Below, in pieces: positions 8,769 through 18,290 of a stretch of 64,000 nt of DNA. The notes under the pieces were generated by a model. That model was not told the origin of the DNA. It did not search any database and saw only the letters and a program-made list of their open reading frames with translations. How positions within the stretch are numbered: the first letter of the stretch is position 1; every line of letters starts with the position of its first letter. The translations under genes were made by a program, and so were the position numbers. Origin of the DNA: an uncultured Acidimicrobiales bacterium (lineage in GTDB: Bacteria; Actinomycetota; Acidimicrobiia; Acidimicrobiales; CAVXTF01); the NCBI GenBank assembly GCA_963701375.1, contig CAVOZT010000003.1, positions 293,640 through 357,639 on the forward strand, given 5' to 3'.

Positions 8769-9343
8769 TCACGCACGAGTGTCGGCCGTGACCAGCCCTC
8801 GGGCCTCGGCGTAATCCAACAACGCCTTTTGGAGGGCTCTTCTTCCCCGGTGGATCCTGCTCATGACCGTCCCGATAGGAACGTCGGTGATGTCGGCTAT
8901 CTCCTTGTAAGAAAAACCCTCGACGTCGGCGAGCAGAACGGCTATCCGGAACGCTTCGGGGAGCGACTCGATCGCCCGCTTCACCTCGTCGTCGGTTATC
9001 CGCTCGAGCAGTTCATCCTCCGCAGATCGCCCCGCGCCCGCGGCAGAGAGCTCACCCAGACGCTTGTAGAGGTAGAGGTCCTCGATGTCCTCGACGTCGG
9101 CCTTCTCAGGACGCCGTTTGGAGGCCCTATAGCTGTTTATGAACGTGTTCGTGAGTATCCGGTAGAGCCAGGCCTTCAGGTTCGTTCCTTCTTCGAAGGA
9201 CCCGAAAGCTCGGTACGCCTTCAGGAAAGTCTCCTGGACGAGGTCTTCCGCGTCGGCAGGATTCGCGTCATACGCAGCGCAGCGCTGTAGAGGGCGGGCA
9301 TGAATTCCATTGCCTGCTCGGTGAACTGCGACCGGTCGGCCAT
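8769..9343 (-). pseudogene. sigH: ECF sigma factor, SigH/SigR-like, frameshifted as assembled
   Basis: Frame A reads [27 protein letters not shown]. Frame B reads [46 protein letters not shown] and continues to region 4 ([37 protein letters not shown]). The span is 575 nt, one short of being in frame. Confidence 0.8.
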
Positions 9344-9369
9344 GCTGAGCACTGTACCTGTAGGGAGCG

Positions 9370-10161
9370 TCACGCTCCCTTCAGGACCCTTCCTCTGAGC
9401 GCCGCCAATGCGAGCGTCATGCTCACGAGCCCGATTCCGGCGAGCGCGGCGAGGCCTTCTAGAACCGTCCCGGCCTGCCATCCGGTGGTTATGAGAGAGC
9501 GGAGCGCTCCCAGCAGGTAGGTGATCGGGTTGTAGGTGGCGATTGTCGAGAGCCAACCGGTGAGTGCCTGCTTCGGCACGACGGCGTCGCTCAGGAAGAA
9601 GAGCGGGAAGAACACGACGAACGACGCGTTCACGGCTGCAGGGCTTCCCGTCTTGAGAGCGACCGCGTAAGGAAATCCGGTGAACGCGAGACCCCAGAGA
9701 GCGGAGAACGCCACGAAGGCAAGGACTCCGCCTATCCCGGACGAAAACCTGACGCCGACACCAAAGCCGATCGCGAGAACCGGCACGCACAAAGCGATGA
9801 TCACGACGACGTCAGCAGCCATGAGCCCGAGCAGAAGCGCGGAACGCCGGATCGGCGTCATGCAGAGACGGTCGAAGTAACCGCTCTGGATGTCAGTGAC
9901 GAGGGTGGGCGCCCTCGACATCCCCGTCACCGCAAAAGCGATCGCCATAGGGAGCAGAAAAGCCTTGTAGTCGAACGCGCCCTTGGCGAACTTCTCGAGC
10001 GCACCGAGGTTGACGGCGTAGAAGAAGGCTGGCACGAACACAGCGGGGAGCACGGAAGCCGGTTCGCGCGGGATCTGGCGAAGCGCGCGCCCCGCCACGG
10101 ACAAGAGGTCTCTCGTCATGCCGGCCTCTTTGCCCTTGATCGTCCCGCTCGAGGCGCTCAT
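9370..10161 (-). CDS. ABC-2 type transporter permease
   Basis: 263 aa with about 6 hydrophobic segments. It has a 4-nt overlap with the upstream ATPase gene. Confidence 0.85.
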   Translation of the reverse strand: MSASSGTIKGKEAGMTRDLLSVAGRALRQIPREPASVLPAVFVPAFFYAVNLGALEKFAKGAFDYKAFLLPMAIAFAVTGMSRAPTLVTDIQSGYFDRLCMTPIRRSALLLGLMAADVVVIIALCVPVLAIGFGVGVRFSSGIGGVLAFVAFSALWGLAFTGFPYAVALKTGSPAAVNASFVVFFPLFFLSDAVVPKQALTGWLSTIATYNPITYLLGALRSLITTGWQAGTVLEGLAALAGIGLVSMTLALAALRGRVLKGA

Positions 10162-11198
10162 CGGACGTCTCGGTCGATGATCGGAGAGTGCGTCAGTTCC
10201 CTGTACACGTCGTCGAGAGTGGGCGTTCGAAGGGTGATGCTCTTCACCTCGAGCCGAGCATTCCCGAGCGCAACCGCGACCGCTGTCAGTGCGCCCGGCC
10301 CGTCGGAGGTGGAGAGGACGAGCCTTGCGTCCTCGATCGAGACGTTGTCTATCGCCGGTAAACGGCCGAGGTCGATGAGAGCGCCGGCAACGTCGCCCCG
10401 GATCTCGCCGGCTGCGTCCGTCTGCAGATCTGCCACGATCAGGTCCTGCCCGATGGATCTCTTCAACTCGTCAGGTGCGCCGATGGCTGCCAGGCGCCCC
10501 CGAGCGATGAACCCGACGCGATCGGCCAGCGCGTCCGCCTCCTCGAGGTACTGGGTCGTGAGGAAGATGGTCATACCGAGCTCGGCGTTGAGCCTCCTGA
10601 CCTCGGCCCAGACGTTTTCGCGGCTTGTCGGGTCGAGTCCCGTGGTCGGCTCGTCCAGAAAAAGGATCTCGGGGTTGTGAACGAGCGCCGCCGCCAGATC
10701 AAGCCTGCGCTTCATCCCTCCTGAGTACGTGGCGATGAGCCGGTCGATCGACGACCCGATGTCCACGAGATCGAGTACCTGATCGAGGCGGGTCCGGATC
10801 TCGGCGGACCTGAGGCCGTAAAGCCTCCCTTGCAGAGTGAGCAGCTCGCGACCGGTCTGACGATCGTCGAGCGCCGCCTCCTGGAGGGCCACGCCGATCC
10901 GCAGTCGCACCTCCTGAGGGTTCTCCACGACGTCGTAGCCGGCGACCGTCGCGCTTCCCGCTGTCGGGTGCAGAAGGGTGCAGAGCACCCGGATCAACGT
11001 GGACTTGCCGGCTCCGTTCGGGCCAAGGAAGCCGAAGATCTCGCCCACGGGCACCGACAGGTCGATCCCGTCGACTGCTGTGACGGAGCCGTAACGCCTG
11101 ACCAGCCCAATGGTCTGCACCGCAGGCTGGGCGACCGATAGCCCGGCCGCAGGGGAATTGCCGGCGGCGGGGGATTCCGGCTCGGCCGTCAATTGCAT
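10158..11198 (-). CDS. ABC transporter ATP-binding protein (DrrA-like)
   Basis: Contains Walker [10 protein letters not shown], signature YSGGMKRRL and Walker [13 protein letters not shown]. Confidence 0.9.
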   Translation of the reverse strand: MQLTAEPESPAAGNSPAAGLSVAQPAVQTIGLVRRYGSVTAVDGIDLSVPVGEIFGFLGPNGAGKSTLIRVLCTLLHPTAGSATVAGYDVVENPQEVRLRIGVALQEAALDDRQTGRELLTLQGRLYGLRSAEIRTRLDQVLDLVDIGSSIDRLIATYSGGMKRRLDLAAALVHNPEILFLDEPTTGLDPTSRENVWAEVRRLNAELGMTIFLTTQYLEEADALADRVGFIARGRLAAIGAPDELKRSIGQDLIVADLQTDAAGEIRGDVAGALIDLGRLPAIDNVSIEDARLVLSTSDGPGALTAVAVALGNARLEVKSITLRTPTLDDVYRELTHSPIIDRDVR

Positions 11199-11202
11199 GT
11201 TC

Positions 11203-11240
11203 AGATACTATCCGGTATCTAACATACTGTCCAGTAGGTT
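11203..11240. promoter_or_regulatory. two adjacent palindromes in the divergent ABC/tetR intergenic region (candidate TetR operators)
   Basis: agatac-tatccg-gtatct (11203-11220) is a perfect 6-bp inverted repeat. aacatact-gtcc-agtaggtt (11221-11240) is an inverted repeat with 1 mismatch. The intergenic region is AT-richer than its surroundings. Confidence 0.35.
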
Positions 11241-11266
11241 CGTTGATATACTGCCAGCGACCATCC

Positions 11267-12250
11267 ATGGCACTCGATCCGCTGACACCTGAGCGCAGGC
11301 GCCGACTCACCCGCGACCACCTTCTCGACGCTGCGGAGAAGGTTCTCGCCGAGCGCGGCTTCCACGGCGCCTCGCTGGACGAGGTCGCCGCAGCAGCTGG
11401 CTTCACCAAGGGCGCCGTCTACTCCAACTTCAAGAACAAAGAGGACCTGTTCCTGGCGTTGCTCGAGACCTACTGGGCCCGCGAGTCGGATGCACTTCGC
11501 GAGACGCTCGATTCGTCCGACATACCGCCCGAGTGGCGTCTGTCGGACTTCGTAGCGTTGATCCGCGACCAGCTGACCCAGGTGCCGGGAAACTGGCCCG
11601 CGCTGTATCTGGAGTTCTGCGTCTACGCGCTGAGGAACCCCGCTGCCCGCACTCGGCTCGCGCAACTGAACGATGCGATCGTCGAATCGGTCGCAGAGAT
11701 AATCGAAACCGAACGCGCACGGCGCGGGATCGTCACCGACGAGCCTGCGAAGCACGTCGCGATGATCATCGAAGCCTTCTTCCGGGGAGTCGGCATCATG
11801 CGCGCCCTCGATCCGGAAGCGGTGGACGAACCTTTCTTGGAGACGGCGATCTCTTTCGTGGCTCGCGGAGTTGTCCCCCGAATTCCGGTGCTACGCCGGC
11901 GGACCTTGCGCCCGGCTGACCACAGATCGCGCTCAGCTCAACCCGAAGACCCGTATTGGATCGGGACCGTGAGCACCTGGATCCTCCGCCAGGTGCCCGC
12001 GCCGAGAGACCAGTCCGTCATTTGCGACAAGCTCGCGCTCAGCGCGTCGACTTTCCCGCTCGCGGCGACCGAAACGCTTTCAGTGCCGGCCGGCAGCGGG
12101 GGTAGGTCCCGCCACGACGTGCCGCCGTTCGCTCCCGCGACTGCGGCTCGGAGACCACCTGCAACCGATTTCGACTCGACCACCAGCGATCCGTCGGGCC
12201 CGAATCCCGAAGAGACGATCGCGGCGTCTGACGGGAGTGCGAACGCCTGA
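11267..12250 (+). CDS. TetR family transcriptional regulator (the ORF runs on into the convergent gene; the true end is probably 11919)
   Basis: HTH motif [28 protein letters not shown]. No stop until 12250, which gives a 312-nt overlap with the end of the convergent gene. A 1-nt correction near the C5 run at 11885-11889 would end the protein at 11919 (217 aa). Confidence 0.75.
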   Translation: MALDPLTPERRRRLTRDHLLDAAEKVLAERGFHGASLDEVAAAAGFTKGAVYSNFKNKEDLFLALLETYWARESDALRETLDSSDIPPEWRLSDFVALIRDQLTQVPGNWPALYLEFCVYALRNPAARTRLAQLNDAIVESVAEIIETERARRGIVTDEPAKHVAMIIEAFFRGVGIMRALDPEAVDEPFLETAISFVARGVVPRIPVLRRRTLRPADHRSRSAQPEDPYWIGTVSTWILRQVPAPRDQSVICDKLALSASTFPLAATETLSVPAGSGGRSRHDVPPFAPATAARRPPATDFDSTTSDPSGPNPEETIAASDGSANA

Positions 12251-13155
12251 GAGACGGACCACGAACCCGTCTTTCCGTCGCGCCACATCCCGTAGAGAGT
12301 GTTGCCCGACGCAATGCGCGCGTAGACCAGCGCGACGATCCGGTCTCCTTGTGAAGACAGGCGGAGAACGGTGAATTCCCCCTCGGAGGCACCGAGCTTC
12401 GGCCCGATGAGTTGCAGGTTGTCGGCATTCGAGCTGCCGCCGCCTGCACGAAAGATCCCGACCACACCAGGAGTGGCGCAGTCCGATCCGAGCAGTTCAT
12501 CGTTCCCGAAAGCGGCGAGAGCCGTAAGTTCACCCACACCGCAGGATCGGCCCGCTCGAGAATTCGCCACGTCGTTCCTCGTATAACCGATCGACCAATT
12601 CGTGTCGATCCCGGTTCCGTCCTCGACCCTCGAGGCGGTACCGTCCAGCACCGCTAGCCGCGCGCCCGGTTGCTGTGGTGCAATCAGAACGTCCGGAATC
12701 GACTCAGTCCCGAACGGGATGACACCGTCGCTCCATGTACTGCCGTTGTCGTAGGTGAACGCAAGAGGCGAGAAGGTCCGAAAGTTCGTCGCGTCGAACA
12801 CGACCGCGATAGAGCCATTAGGACCAGGTGAAGCTGCCAACCCTCCGTTGTCGGCAACACCCGGCGGTGTGACGAGCGTCCAGTCCGTTCGACCGCTCGG
12901 ACGGAAGAACAACTGCCAGAACGTATTGAGGGGATCACTCAGGTGCCCCATGGGCAGGATCGCCCAGCTTCCTGCGGGCGTGACGAAAGATGAGGCGAGC
13001 GGTGCGCTCGGCCACGCCTCACTTCGCGAGTGTGGCGCCGATGTCCCGGCGAGGAGGCCCACCGCAAGCCCGACGCACACGGCTACTACTCCTGCGCCGG
13101 CGATCAGCGCTGAGCGGCGAGTCCCGAGTGATCTGTCGCGAACGCCATTTGCCAC
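11938..13155 (-). CDS. membrane-anchored BNR/sialidase-like beta-propeller protein (hypothetical)
   Basis: 405 aa with an N-terminal TM segment ([22 protein letters not shown]). BNR-like motifs are present: [10 protein letters not shown] and [11 protein letters not shown]. Confidence 0.55.
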   Translation of the reverse strand: MANGVRDRSLGTRRSALIAGAGVVAVCVGLAVGLLAGTSAPHSRSEAWPSAPLASSFVTPAGSWAILPMGHLSDPLNTFWQLFFRPSGRTDWTLVTPPGVADNGGLAASPGPNGSIAVVFDATNFRTFSPLAFTYDNGSTWSDGVIPFGTESIPDVLIAPQQPGARLAVLDGTASRVEDGTGIDTNWSIGYTRNDVANSRAGRSCGVGELTALAAFGNDELLGSDCATPGVVGIFRAGGGSSNADNLQLIGPKLGASEGEFTVLRLSSQGDRIVALVYARIASGNTLYGMWRDGKTGSWSVSQAFALPSDAAIVSSGFGPDGSLVVESKSVAGGLRAAVAGANGGTSWRDLPPLPAGTESVSVAASGKVDALSASLSQMTDWSLGAGTWRRIQVLTVPIQYGSSG

Positions 13156-13226
13156 CGCGCTCGGAGGCTAACTGAGTGGTCGCTGCAGCACACTTCGTCT
13201 ACGCAGACCGCAGACCATCTGCGCGC

Positions 13227-15827
13227 TCAGGGTTGGACGGGGCCGCCTCCGACGTCGTAGTTGCAGTTGGGACCACCGGAGTCCACCCTCTCGAGCAGGC
13301 CTCCGGCGCCCGGCGCGCCGACCTCGATGTCCGTCTCACCCGCAGGTGCAGAAAGCGTTGCGCCGCTAGCAGGAGACGCGACGTGGGAGAACGGGACGTC
13401 TATCTCGACGACGCCGTTGGCCCCGAGAGTGAAGTGCCCGGTGTCGTTGGTATTAACCGGGTTGTAGTTAGAGGTCGAACCCGTCTTGGTGACAGTCCCG
13501 TCGCTGAAAGTCGGAGTCGCACCAGGAACCGCCGTGAGCTCGGCGTTGGCGAAGTACTCGGTGCCGCCATAGCTCCAGACCCCGTACCATTCCGACGCAT
13601 CGGCACCTGTCGGAACCGTCTCTGCGAGGTTCGAGACCGTCAGCAGGATCCGCAGCGAGTTGCCGTCCCCGCTCACACTCATGGCGCCCGCGAGAAGCGA
13701 CAGCTGCGGGTCTGAGTTACCCAGGGTGTCGGTGGCCGTGTGGGGAGGATTGGCCCAGAGACCCGAGGTAACGGAACAGCCTCCACCACCTCCACACGGA
13801 AGCAGACCGGGTTGTCCACAGTCTTCGGGAGGTGCCGGCGGGATATTCCTCGTCGGGGTCAGAGTGGACCTGCCGGTCGCGTACTGAGCAAGCTTGGTGA
13901 CATTGGGACTTCCGAGGCCCGAGACGTAGTCCCAGCCGCTCGGGTCCACCGTGGGCGTGCGGGGAAGAGAGGTGTAGTAGCTGTTCGAGGTGATGGGGCT
14001 CTGCGATCCGCCCCCTATGTCGAAGAAGGCGTTGGCGTCCTCGGTCGGGTTGAGACCTATGCGATACAGGACTGGGTCCGCGAACCCGAGCGTGTACGCG
14101 CCCGACGAGCTCTTTAGCGCGGCGGCCTGCACTCTCGTCCACATGCCCATCCAAAGTGGCGACGACAGGCTCGTGCCGGCGCCTTGCTGATCGTTGACGC
14201 CACCCATGGTCACCCCGTAACCGTTGCTGACCACGTCTCCCGACTGGGCGGCGACGTCAGGGATGCCGCGGCACGGCGTCGGGGAGGCGTACGGAGTCCC
14301 GTCCGGCTGCGAGAGGCAGTCCTGCTGATCGAGGGCAGGTGTGCCCTGTTGGAACGAAGGCTCCGGAATGTAGAAGGTGTTGCCGCCCCCAGAGAAGGTC
14401 CAAGCGGTCTCTTCGGCCCGTTTGGCGTTAGAAGCGGGCGCGGTCTTGGTGCTCTGTGTCCCGTATACCACCGTGCCACCCACGGCGACCACGTAAGGAC
14501 TCGATGCCGGGTAGTTGGTCTCGGGGTATGCCTGGTTGGCTACGCCGTTTCCGGCGCCGATTACTGCAGCCACCACCACCGGGCACGAAGACCCTGTGTC
14601 ACCTGTCGAAGAGAAGAGCGTCTTTCCCTGGAGCGTCGCCTGCTCGAGAGCGTTCTCTGACGCCGCCGTGAATGCGACACCAGCCGTACCGGCGGGACCG
14701 CCTTCAGGAGTGCTGATCCCGCCTCCACCGCCGGTCAAGGCGCTGGTCGGGTCCTCTTCGCATTCGCCGAATGATGCGTTCGCCTGGTAAGGGCCGTTCG
14801 GGTCCGAGCCCCACGCACTTATGTCCGCGAGGACCGATGAGTCGGTGAGGTCCCTCGCGAAGTACAGCGTCTCAGAATGGGCCTTAGGAGACATCCCGGT
14901 GGAAGCCTGAGTGTCGATATCCCACTCGCCACTTCCCGACGTGTCCTGGAAGTCGTCGCCGACCGAGTTGATCTTGATCCTGATCTGCGGAAGGTTGTGT
15001 TCTGCCTCGAAGGCGCGCAGGTCGGATATCACCCCGGACACCGCCCCCTCGCCCAGGATCGCCATGCTCTGTCCCTGCCCGAAATCGGCACTGGTATTCG
15101 CGATGCTCTTCGGCTGGCCGTAGATCGACCAAAGGTCCTGAGGAGTCGTGAGGCCGACGCACTGGCTCTGTTCGCAAGTGGTCTGGTGAGTGCGGGAGGC
15201 GAGCAGGTTGTTCAGGCCGATGACGCCGGCGACGTCCAGGCCGGCAGGGACCGTCGGGCCGTTTGTGTTCGCGTAGAAGGTCTTGTTCCCTTCGCGGAAG
15301 TTCGACATCTTGACGGAGAAGGTGCGCTCCGCGGCGCCCGCTGTGCCGTTCAGGAGCATGAACTCGTTCGTGTTAGGGGCGTAAGTGACCTTCAGACCGT
15401 CACGGATAGCCCAGGACTTCAATTGGTCGAACGTCGATTGGGGGAAGCCGAATTGCTGCGCCACTTGATTCGCCGTCATGAAGTGGTGGTAGAGCGGGCT
15501 CTTAGGATTGTAGATAGCGCTGTAAGCCGCATTCTGCGCCGCAGCTTCGGGGTTGGCGAGGGTTATGGCGACCTGAACGGGAGTACTCGTAGGAGTCGTT
15601 CCCAGCGTTACCGCGTGGTCGAGTCCGCCGAGCACGTCCGTGCTTAGAACGGCTGTCCGGAGCACACCTGATTGCGAAGCGCCGCCGGCACCGAGTGCTG
15701 CAGTGCCATTGAGTGCGAGTGGGATGATCAACGCTGCAGCGCCAACCATTCCTTGCAGCATTCTCCGCAATCCCGACTGCCTTCGGGGCGCGCGCCGCGA
15801 TCTCTTCGTTGACATTCCCGCCTCCAA
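13227..15827 (-). CDS. secreted S53 (sedolisin/kumamolisin-type) serine peptidase with a ~200-aa C-terminal extension
   Basis: Has a signal-like N-terminus, then a pro-kumamolisin-type activation region (HHFMTANQVAQQFGFPQSTFDQLKSWAIRDGLKV). Catalytic Ser context is GAGTSLSSPLWMGMW. Confidence 0.8.
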   Translation of the reverse strand: MEAGMSTKRSRRAPRRQSGLRRMLQGMVGAAALIIPLALNGTAALGAGGASQSGVLRTAVLSTDVLGGLDHAVTLGTTPTSTPVQVAITLANPEAAAQNAAYSAIYNPKSPLYHHFMTANQVAQQFGFPQSTFDQLKSWAIRDGLKVTYAPNTNEFMLLNGTAGAAERTFSVKMSNFREGNKTFYANTNGPTVPAGLDVAGVIGLNNLLASRTHQTTCEQSQCVGLTTPQDLWSIYGQPKSIANTSADFGQGQSMAILGEGAVSGVISDLRAFEAEHNLPQIRIKINSVGDDFQDTSGSGEWDIDTQASTGMSPKAHSETLYFARDLTDSSVLADISAWGSDPNGPYQANASFGECEEDPTSALTGGGGGISTPEGGPAGTAGVAFTAASENALEQATLQGKTLFSSTGDTGSSCPVVVAAVIGAGNGVANQAYPETNYPASSPYVVAVGGTVVYGTQSTKTAPASNAKRAEETAWTFSGGGNTFYIPEPSFQQGTPALDQQDCLSQPDGTPYASPTPCRGIPDVAAQSGDVVSNGYGVTMGGVNDQQGAGTSLSSPLWMGMWTRVQAAALKSSSGAYTLGFADPVLYRIGLNPTEDANAFFDIGGGSQSPITSNSYYTSLPRTPTVDPSGWDYVSGLGSPNVTKLAQYATGRSTLTPTRNIPPAPPEDCGQPGLLPCGGGGGCSVTSGLWANPPHTATDTLGNSDPQLSLLAGAMSVSGDGNSLRILLTVSNLAETVPTGADASEWYGVWSYGGTEYFANAELTAVPGATPTFSDGTVTKTGSTSNYNPVNTNDTGHFTLGANGVVEIDVPFSHVASPASGATLSAPAGETDIEVGAPGAGGLLERVDSGGPNCNYDVGGGPVQP

Positions 15828-15914
15828 TAGAGGAATAAGACTCGTTTACGCCAGGTTGCGGCACGCCATACCCACCGGCGAAACCTCTAAAACCGGAGTG
15901 TCCGGCCTCCGGAG

Positions 15915-16739
15915 CTACAAGTCGATCGGAGAGTCGTCCGGGGTGAGTAGAAGGTCTTCGATCTGGAAGTGCTCGCGCCAGTCAAGCAGGAGGTCGCGCA
16001 CCGTCGGATAGGTCCTCGGACTACCGCTCGTTCTGTCGATGACCGCGAGGGAGTAACCGAGGCCATGGAAATAGTTCAAGTACTCCGCCGGAGTCGATCC
16101 TGAAACCTGTTCCAACATGGCTTCGCTGAGCTCGGTCGTGACGACCGGGCGATAGCGCTCGATCAACTTTCGGGCGCCTGCTACCACACGGGCTTCTGCT
16201 CCCTCGACATCGATCTTCAGAAGCCCGACGGGCTCGTCAACCAAATCGTCCAACCGGAACGTCGGCACGACGGTTCCGGGATTAGCCAGGAGGTCCTCGT
16301 CGTCTACGAGGCCGCCGTTCGATCCGATATGCGTCGAGTAGTAGGCCCAGCCGGTCTGCGCATCGCAGGCCACGGGCAGGACGGTCACGTTGGTCCGTCC
16401 CTTCAGGCGCATCGTGCTCAGCAGAAGGCGGCAATTCTCCGAACTCGGCTCGATCGCAATGACTCTGCCTTCTGATCCGACGAGTGCTGACGCCAACATC
16501 GAGTAGTAGCCGACGTTGGCACCGACATCGACGACGGTCATACCGGGCCTACAGAACCGTTCGAAGACGGCCGTCAAGTGGGGTTCGTATTCCCCGGCCT
16601 GCAAGGTCAAGGACACCGAACGGTCGGCAGTGTCGCACAGGAGCTCGATGTCTCCCACCCGTGCCAGGGTCACGTCGTCGCGAGAAAGCTGGATCGAGAA
16701 ATTGGTCAACGCAAGCTGGTGTTCGACTGCACCGAGCAT
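15915..16739 (-). CDS. FkbM family methyltransferase
   Basis: 274 aa. SAM-binding motif VVDVGANVGYYS, followed by VIAIEPSSENCRLL. Confidence 0.75.
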   Translation of the reverse strand: MLGAVEHQLALTNFSIQLSRDDVTLARVGDIELLCDTADRSVSLTLQAGEYEPHLTAVFERFCRPGMTVVDVGANVGYYSMLASALVGSEGRVIAIEPSSENCRLLLSTMRLKGRTNVTVLPVACDAQTGWAYYSTHIGSNGGLVDDEDLLANPGTVVPTFRLDDLVDEPVGLLKIDVEGAEARVVAGARKLIERYRPVVTTELSEAMLEQVSGSTPAEYLNYFHGLGYSLAVIDRTSGSPRTYPTVRDLLLDWREHFQIEDLLLTPDDSPIDL

Positions 16740-17054
16740 TCGGCGGATCGTCGAACGGGTCGCTCAGGTCTCCTGTTCCGGCGTCGTCAACCAGCTGTCG
16801 GATGGCGGGGTCCTTCAAGTTCGGGTAAAGCAACTTCACAAGCTCCGGGTACGTCAACCCTCGTTGTGGCAGCACTCCGCCCAAGCGACGGATCGTCCTG
16901 ATCCGGATCGCTTCGACAAACTGCTCGAGATTCATGGGGCCCGCAGAGTACATCGGGCGCTTCAGGACATGAGCCAAGACAGCAAGTACCGCCGGCCTCC
17001 AAACAAGCGACCGGCGGCACTCTTTGCCAAATATGCGACTAAACGCTGGTTCTC

Positions 17055-17135
17055 CTAAACGCTGCTTCTCCGCACCAGCATCACGATAGCGAGGATGACA
17101 AGGATCAACACGACCGTTCCAATTCCGATGTACAT
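17055..17135 (-). CDS. candidate 26-aa single-TM peptide
   Basis: My own translation gives MYIGIGTVVLILVILAIVMLVRRSSV, preceded by GGAGAGG 5 nt upstream. It is too short for the ORF track. Confidence 0.3.
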   Translation of the reverse strand: MYIGIGTVVLILVILAIVMLVRRSSV

Positions 17136-17233
17136 GGCTGCCTCTCCTTTCTCCGCTATTGCTCTTCAATTGCAGATGGTCGAGTGCTCTGCTTGCGAGC
17201 ACTTCCGAACGTGGCTCTACGTGTGCGTGTCGT

Positions 17234-17491
17234 CTAGGTGTACGTGTCCTCGCGGCGCACCACGTTCGTCCCGTCGTCAACGACAGTCCGATGCCTTCGC
17301 CAGCCGCCGCCCCCACCCCAAAGACCGAGGGCCAAGAGCGACAATACGAATCCGATCACACCGACGATCATCAGGATCACCCCGACGGTGCGTATATTGA
17401 AACCGTGCTGGTACGGGCTCACAGTAACGGCGAAATCGAGAATTGCGCCGACCGCGAACACAACGATACTCGCAGCTATACCGCTAACCAT
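17234..17491 (-). CDS. small two-TM membrane protein (DUF6458-like)
   Basis: MVSGIAASIVVFAVGAILDFAV ... TVGVILMIVGVIGFVLSLLALGLWGGGGGWRR. The ATG at 17491 is preceded by AAGGAGG. Confidence 0.6.
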   Translation of the reverse strand: MVSGIAASIVVFAVGAILDFAVTVSPYQHGFNIRTVGVILMIVGVIGFVLSLLALGLWGGGGGWRRHRTVVDDGTNVVRREDTYT

Positions 17492-17586
17492 CTCAACATC
17501 CTCCTTCAACGGTTACGCGCCTCGGATTTGCCTGTACCCGAACTACCCGTGCGAAAACGGTCATTTTCAAACCTGAATGCGTCCGT

Positions 17587-17760
17587 TCACCAGCGGTACC
17601 AGCGGGCACCGCGCCCGCCTGCTGCTTCGCCACGAGCAAGAACGAAACCCAACACCCAGACGAAGAACACGACAAGCGCGATTATCCACAGCGTGTGCAC
17701 CGCAAACCCCAGGCCTCCGAGAAGGAGGGCAATTAGAAGCACAAGCAAGATGAGCGCCAT
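17587..17760 (-). CDS. 57-aa hydrophobic protein
   Basis: My own translation gives MALILLVLLIALLLGGLGFAVHTLWIIALVVFFVWVLGFVLARGEAAGGRGARWYRW. Its ATG overlaps the csbD-like stop by 1 nt (TGATG). Confidence 0.55.
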   Translation of the reverse strand: MALILLVLLIALLLGGLGFAVHTLWIIALVVFFVWVLGFVLARGEAAGGRGARWYRW

Positions 17761-17999
17761 CAAGCACCCTTCTCCTGGGCCGCACGCTCGCGACTCTCCG
17801 CTGCCTTTTCTTCAACTCGGTGGGCTTCCGCCTGAGCCTCGCGCTTGGCGGCGTCTCGAGCTGCTTGGGCTTTGTCCTGCTGCGCCCGGCCTTCGGAGGT
17901 GAGCTTGTCGTTGTCCGTTACGGCGCCGACGGCTTCTTTTGCCCTTCCCTTGATTTCTTCCGCGATACCCGTCGCAGCTTCTTTCGGTCCGCTTGCCAT
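17760..17999 (-). CDS. CsbD-family stress protein
   Basis: MASGPKEAATGIAEEIKGRAKEAVGAVTDNDKLTSEGRAQQDKAQ is a typical CsbD repeat. GGAAGGA lies upstream. Confidence 0.8.
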   Translation of the reverse strand: MASGPKEAATGIAEEIKGRAKEAVGAVTDNDKLTSEGRAQQDKAQAARDAAKREAQAEAHRVEEKAAESRERAAQEKGA

Positions 18000-18290
18000 G
18001 ATCTTCTGTCCTTCCGTTTCCGTAGATAGCTCGACCCACCGTTGATACGACGCGCCGTCGCTATGTCTGCTTGATGCCCTCAGCACGTTTCGCTGGTCAG
18101 CACGAACGTTTCGGACGTGGCTTACCTCGTCCGTGGTCCGAGGGGAACACAAGGAGCATCCCCACACGCGATGTGCTTCAAACGGTACGCCCAGCAATTT
18201 GCAGGCGGTATGGACATTGGACCTGGACAGCGAGCGGCCCGCCTCACGAGGGGCGGCCTTCGCACCGGCGCCGCCGACCTGGCGCATCGA

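Noticed and set aside
16549-17316. A 255-aa minus-strand ORF spanning the FkbM start and the small-gene region.
   Set aside because: Most of it is Arg/Pro-rich and overlaps better-supported features. Only the central ~65 residues (MNLEQF...DDPPNA) look coding, and those are reported separately as an uncertain observation.
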